Assembly (NCBI RefSeq): GCF_964194155.1
Contig: NC_135903.1
Span: 31,868,001-31,932,000, forward strand
Direction: 5' to 3'
Length of the DNA: 64,000 nucleotides
Origin: Cetorhinus maximus
Lineage: Eukaryota
Under the pieces are notes generated by a model. It worked only from the letters and a program-made list of their open reading frames with translations, was not told where the DNA came from and did no database searches. Below, one piece after another: positions 60,351 to 64,000 of this stretch. The position numbers were made by a program, and so were the translations under genes. Each line of letters begins with the position of its first letter. Position 1 is the stretch's first letter.

Positions 60351-61470
60351 ATAAGTAAAACTGAAATATTTGTACAATAGGGTATAATGACGTTGCTTTC
60401 AGAATCAAATCAGTTTGACTTTGGTTAGTTTTTGTACTTTGAGGCAGAATCTGAATTCAACCAATGTGAGAAGCCACAAGGCTAGTAGGTTCCACTGAAC
60501 AGACTGGTCTTGTTAGACGTGTGACTTACCCAGAAAAATTGCACATGCTGGAGGTTTCTTGAGAATGAACTACACATCACAGATCAGCGGTTGCATTTTT
60601 ACTTGCTGTGCCGTCTGTATTCTATTGTAATCCAGTGCTTACATTGCATTGCCTTTATCCAAGCCAATTCATTAGATATGCAGTCACTCTGTTTATTGTT
60701 GTGTGGTAAAATGAGAGCGTTAAGGGTTATATTTTGTATGGTGCTGTTTGCCTTCAATGAGCTCCTTGCCAATAATGCTATTTGTTTAAACGCCTGATAA
60801 CCCAATGAGAAACTGCACATGTAATGTATTACAGACAGGTCTCATGTGCAATTTGTTGAGTTGGTTGATTTAACCTCAGCAGCAGGCAGTGTTCCAGCTC
60901 CTGACTGATGGACCGTGTAGGAAGTATGCAAGTGTGGGTGAGGGCAGGATTGTACTAGGTTGTGATTCACCCCATGGTTGAATGTGCTGTTGACATTCAA
61001 CCTATGTTCTTACACATGAGATAATGGCCAATTCAGTATGGGACTGGAGGCAGTTGGTCCCTGTGAAGTATGCTTCAGGGAACAGAAGGTTATATCACCT
61101 TTCTACCATTCCATGTTCTAATTACCTTGTTTCACATGAGTAATTGGATAAAGAGGAACATTTTGCTCATTACCAGATAATCTTGGCCAAGATCTTCAAA
61201 TTGACAGGATCCAACCCTTTAAAACTTGTACTGTAAGAAAAGGATTTGAAAATGTACATGTCTCAACTCAGCACCTGTGCATTGTGATATAGTTTATTTT
61301 CTGACGGTGGGGCGGACAGTTATTTATTTTATATAGGTGGTCTTTTTCATAGAGAAAACAACTGTTAAGTGCATAAAGATCACTTAGCAAGATTAACAAT
61401 ATTCCACCATTTTATTCTTTTTCATTGTGCACGCCTTTGAGTAATTGTTTTGTTTTCAGTGTTTTATTAT

Positions 61471-61476
61471 AATAAA
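61471..61476 (+). terminator. Likely polyadenylation signal of copy 4
   Basis: AATAAA ~1.1 kb after the stop, followed by a GT/T-rich downstream element (tgttgttttgtttgtc). Confidence 0.55.
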
Positions 61477-62238
61477 TATTTCAAAAACAATAATGTTGTT
61501 TTGTTTGTCATTTGTTTTAACTTTTTGTGGTATTTTATTTTATATTAATTTATTTGACTCTTTTCATTTCCCATCACCATGTACAGCTCCAGCTGAGAGT
61601 ACAGGCTGGACAGCTGTTCCTAAGCCTAAGATTCCGACTCTGTAGTCAAATGCTAGGAGGCCACAACAGTAGACTGGACCTGCATTCTGGCAATAGATAA
61701 AGAACTGTGTTAGTCTGAACATCATGGGGGCCTCCATATGCTCCTAGGTAAGAGTCAGAGCAGACAGATGGGGCCTGAGGTACTGTAGGCCTTTCATGGC
61801 CATTGTGTCCTCCAAGTTCTGGCCCGACCACAGAAAAGACTAGGTTGTACCCACTATTGTGAACTGTAAACCACAGGATCTTCAACATTGCTGCAGAAGG
61901 GAAACCGAAGAATGAAAAGAACAGTGAAAAAAGAATTATGGACATATGTGGTAATGAGAGTAAGGTATTTTAATGTTTTGTCAGGAGTTAGAGAATGACT
62001 AAGGACTGGAAAGGATCTTTGAGGCATTCGGTAGAGCAGGTTACAGTGTAAAATCACGACATGGCTGAGGTATTAAAAAAATACTTTGCATCTTTTTACA
62101 TGACTGAAAATAATGCTACGGTGTGCATGGTGTTTTAAGTCTTGGATAAATGAGTTTGTTGGCCAACCAAACTCTAGCTTCACACCTTCCTATGTTCTCC
62201 TCAATTACTGCTTGCAATCAATAACAGGGAGAGGGTGC

Positions 62239-64000
62239 TGTAAGAATAAACAGTGATGGTTTATTGAGACATAGGGCAGAGCACCAGATCATACGTGCTC
62301 ACTCAGAAACCTCTAGAACTAGACTGACAGTTCCCAGTTGCTTGTGCTATACAGTGATTTGTCAGTGCTGTCACATGATCAGTATACTTGCATTCTCTTA
62401 AAGGATCAGGGCACCTCACCATACCACATTCCTCTCCCTTTATTTAAAAGTACAGCTAACAAGCTTAAAACACACTAACTATTTACAGGTAAAGTCTCTC
62501 AGGAGGCCTTCATTGACAGGTTGAGTATTGTAGCCCAACAACCTTGGCTGGTGTTTCCGAGACCACCTTTTCAGGGGCAGTTTCCCACTATGTCCCTCAG
62601 CGGATGATTTCACCATCTTCTGGGTGTAGTCACGTTCACTCCTGCTGCCCCTCCCCTCCAAGCTGAAACAGATAAAGGACAACAAGCACAAAGCAATACA
62701 GCGATGAGCTGTATGATGTGTGAGGAGAAAGAGGAAAAGGAAAAAAAAAATTTAGTTTTTCTTTCCGAGGACTGTCAATAATTTCTCTTTTTCTTCCTGC
62801 ATGACCTTTTCTTGGTAGCACTGACCCCTATCTCTGCCTTCTCTTTAATTTTGCTATTGGCCAGACTAGACTCAGGCGGGAGCTGAACGTGAATGAGCTC
62901 AGCAGTTGGGTTTTCTGACAGCTCTTCTTAAAATTTAGGGCCTTCTAGCTTTAAAACTTCAGGGCTTTTACTCAGTTGCTGCTTCAGCTCTTCCAAATCT
63001 TTCCTATTCTCATCAATAGTTTCCTGGAGAATCGCATATCGCTGCCCCTTCTCAGCTAATTAATTCCTGAACTCGGCCAGAGACAGGCTTAACTCTTCCT
63101 TTTCTTTTTCATATCTTTGTCGTGGCGCAAATTGGGAGCTGATTGAATTCTGTAGTGCACAAAGGTCCTTTAATAGATTTTCCATTTCCTTTCGAAGGAT
63201 GCTGACTTCAGCTTGAACTCTGTCCTGGTGTAACACTCCTATGGGCTTCTCCTGTTGGGTCTTTGCATACTAACTTTTTTCATGCAGCAACACTTCTGGT
63301 TTCAAATTGGGAACTTAGCGGGCCCTCACGATTTATCTCTCACAGCCAGTTCCTTCCGAGGAGACTTGGTCCCCTGGCTGACATTACAAAATAGGGGTAA
63401 TTTTGGGGACTGTTCCTGATACTATAGCTTGACCTGACATACCCCTTTCACATTTATTTCTTCGCTGGTGTATGTCCTCAGCTTTGTATTCGAAACTTCT
63501 AACTTCAAAGGATGGGTTGTTTTACTCAGATATCTAAATGTATACTCGTCAATGACAGACATCAACACTCTAGTATCAACTTCCATCTTAATAGGTTGTC
63601 CGTTAACTGTAATGACTACTTGGATTGGCTTAATTCTACACACTTTGAGGTTAATATAATGAATGGATATCTGATTCTATTTCTTGTGGTTCTTCCATGA
63701 GGTATATTTCATGATTTTTTCTTCTGGCTTAATAGTGTTGTTTTAGTCTTTCTCTGCTGTGCTGCCTTATGTGGCTATAGCGGTGGCAGAGAAAGCACCC
63801 AACTTGTTTGAGTTGTCATTTGCTCACTGGAGGCCTGGATGTATTTCTCTCGTTCACGTTATGGGTTTTCACTGCAGTGCTGTTGTTTTTCAATGGTCTG
63901 GAGCTAGAGAGCGTTTCCCACCCTTCCATGGAGGCTGAAGTCACACCTTTTGTTGCCAGATTGTCCCGCTCGACCAGATGCACGGCGTCATTTTGTGTAT
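62239..64000 (-). mobile_element. Degenerate Gypsy-type LTR retrotransposon, internally deleted (3' LTR 62428-62239, PPT 62443-62429)
   Basis: Minus strand: zinc-knuckle-like CFLCHRYSH (~63770-63797), protease IQVVITVNGQPIKMEVDT...KLRTYT...GPSLLGRNWL (~63640-63340), then PPT TAAAGGGAGAGGAA directly before TGTGGTATGG...AATAAA...TTACA (190-bp TG...CA). Confidence 0.78.
62928..63227 (-). pseudogene. Host-like coiled-coil coding fragment (UACA/RAI14/ANKRD24-family-like) inside the LTR element
   Basis: QDRVQAEVSILRKEMENLLKDLCALQNSISSQFAPRQRYEKEKEELSLSLAEFRN*LAEKGQRYAILQETIDENRKDLEELKQQLS, with one in-frame stop at 63062-63060. Family assignment is from recalled sequence only. Confidence 0.5.

Noticed and set aside
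1-64000. CRISPR arrays, operons or other prokaryotic systems
   Set aside because: Spliceosomal introns and vertebrate TEs throughout, and no repeat-spacer array seen.

Overview
Eukaryotic genomic DNA, probably a shark or other cartilaginous fish (inferred only from the repeat types). The window is a glucose-6-phosphatase (G6PC1-type) gene cluster with four intact five-exon genes, each with coding exons of 230/110/106/116/512 bp (357 aa). Three near-identical copies lie on the minus strand in an ~11-kb tandem array (~3408-37255) whose junctions cut through a Harbinger transposase. A fourth, diverged paralog lies on the plus strand (52020-60350), head-to-head with the array. The strongest signal is exon-restricted homogenisation: exon 1 and most of exon 5 are ~97-98% identical between the inverted paralogs, exons 2-4 are only ~75-82% identical, and the introns do not align by eye. 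This points to gene conversion across an inverted duplication. Other notable features are a diverged duplicate of the proximal promoter at the array edge, a Gypsy-type LTR element with a host-like (UACA/RAI14-family-like) coiled-coil segment in place of most of pol, Harbinger MITEs with three ordered internal hairpins, length-variable C-rich tracts, and degenerate hammerhead-like motifs. The rest is CR1/L2 LINE, SINE and Harbinger debris. All identity values are hand counts.
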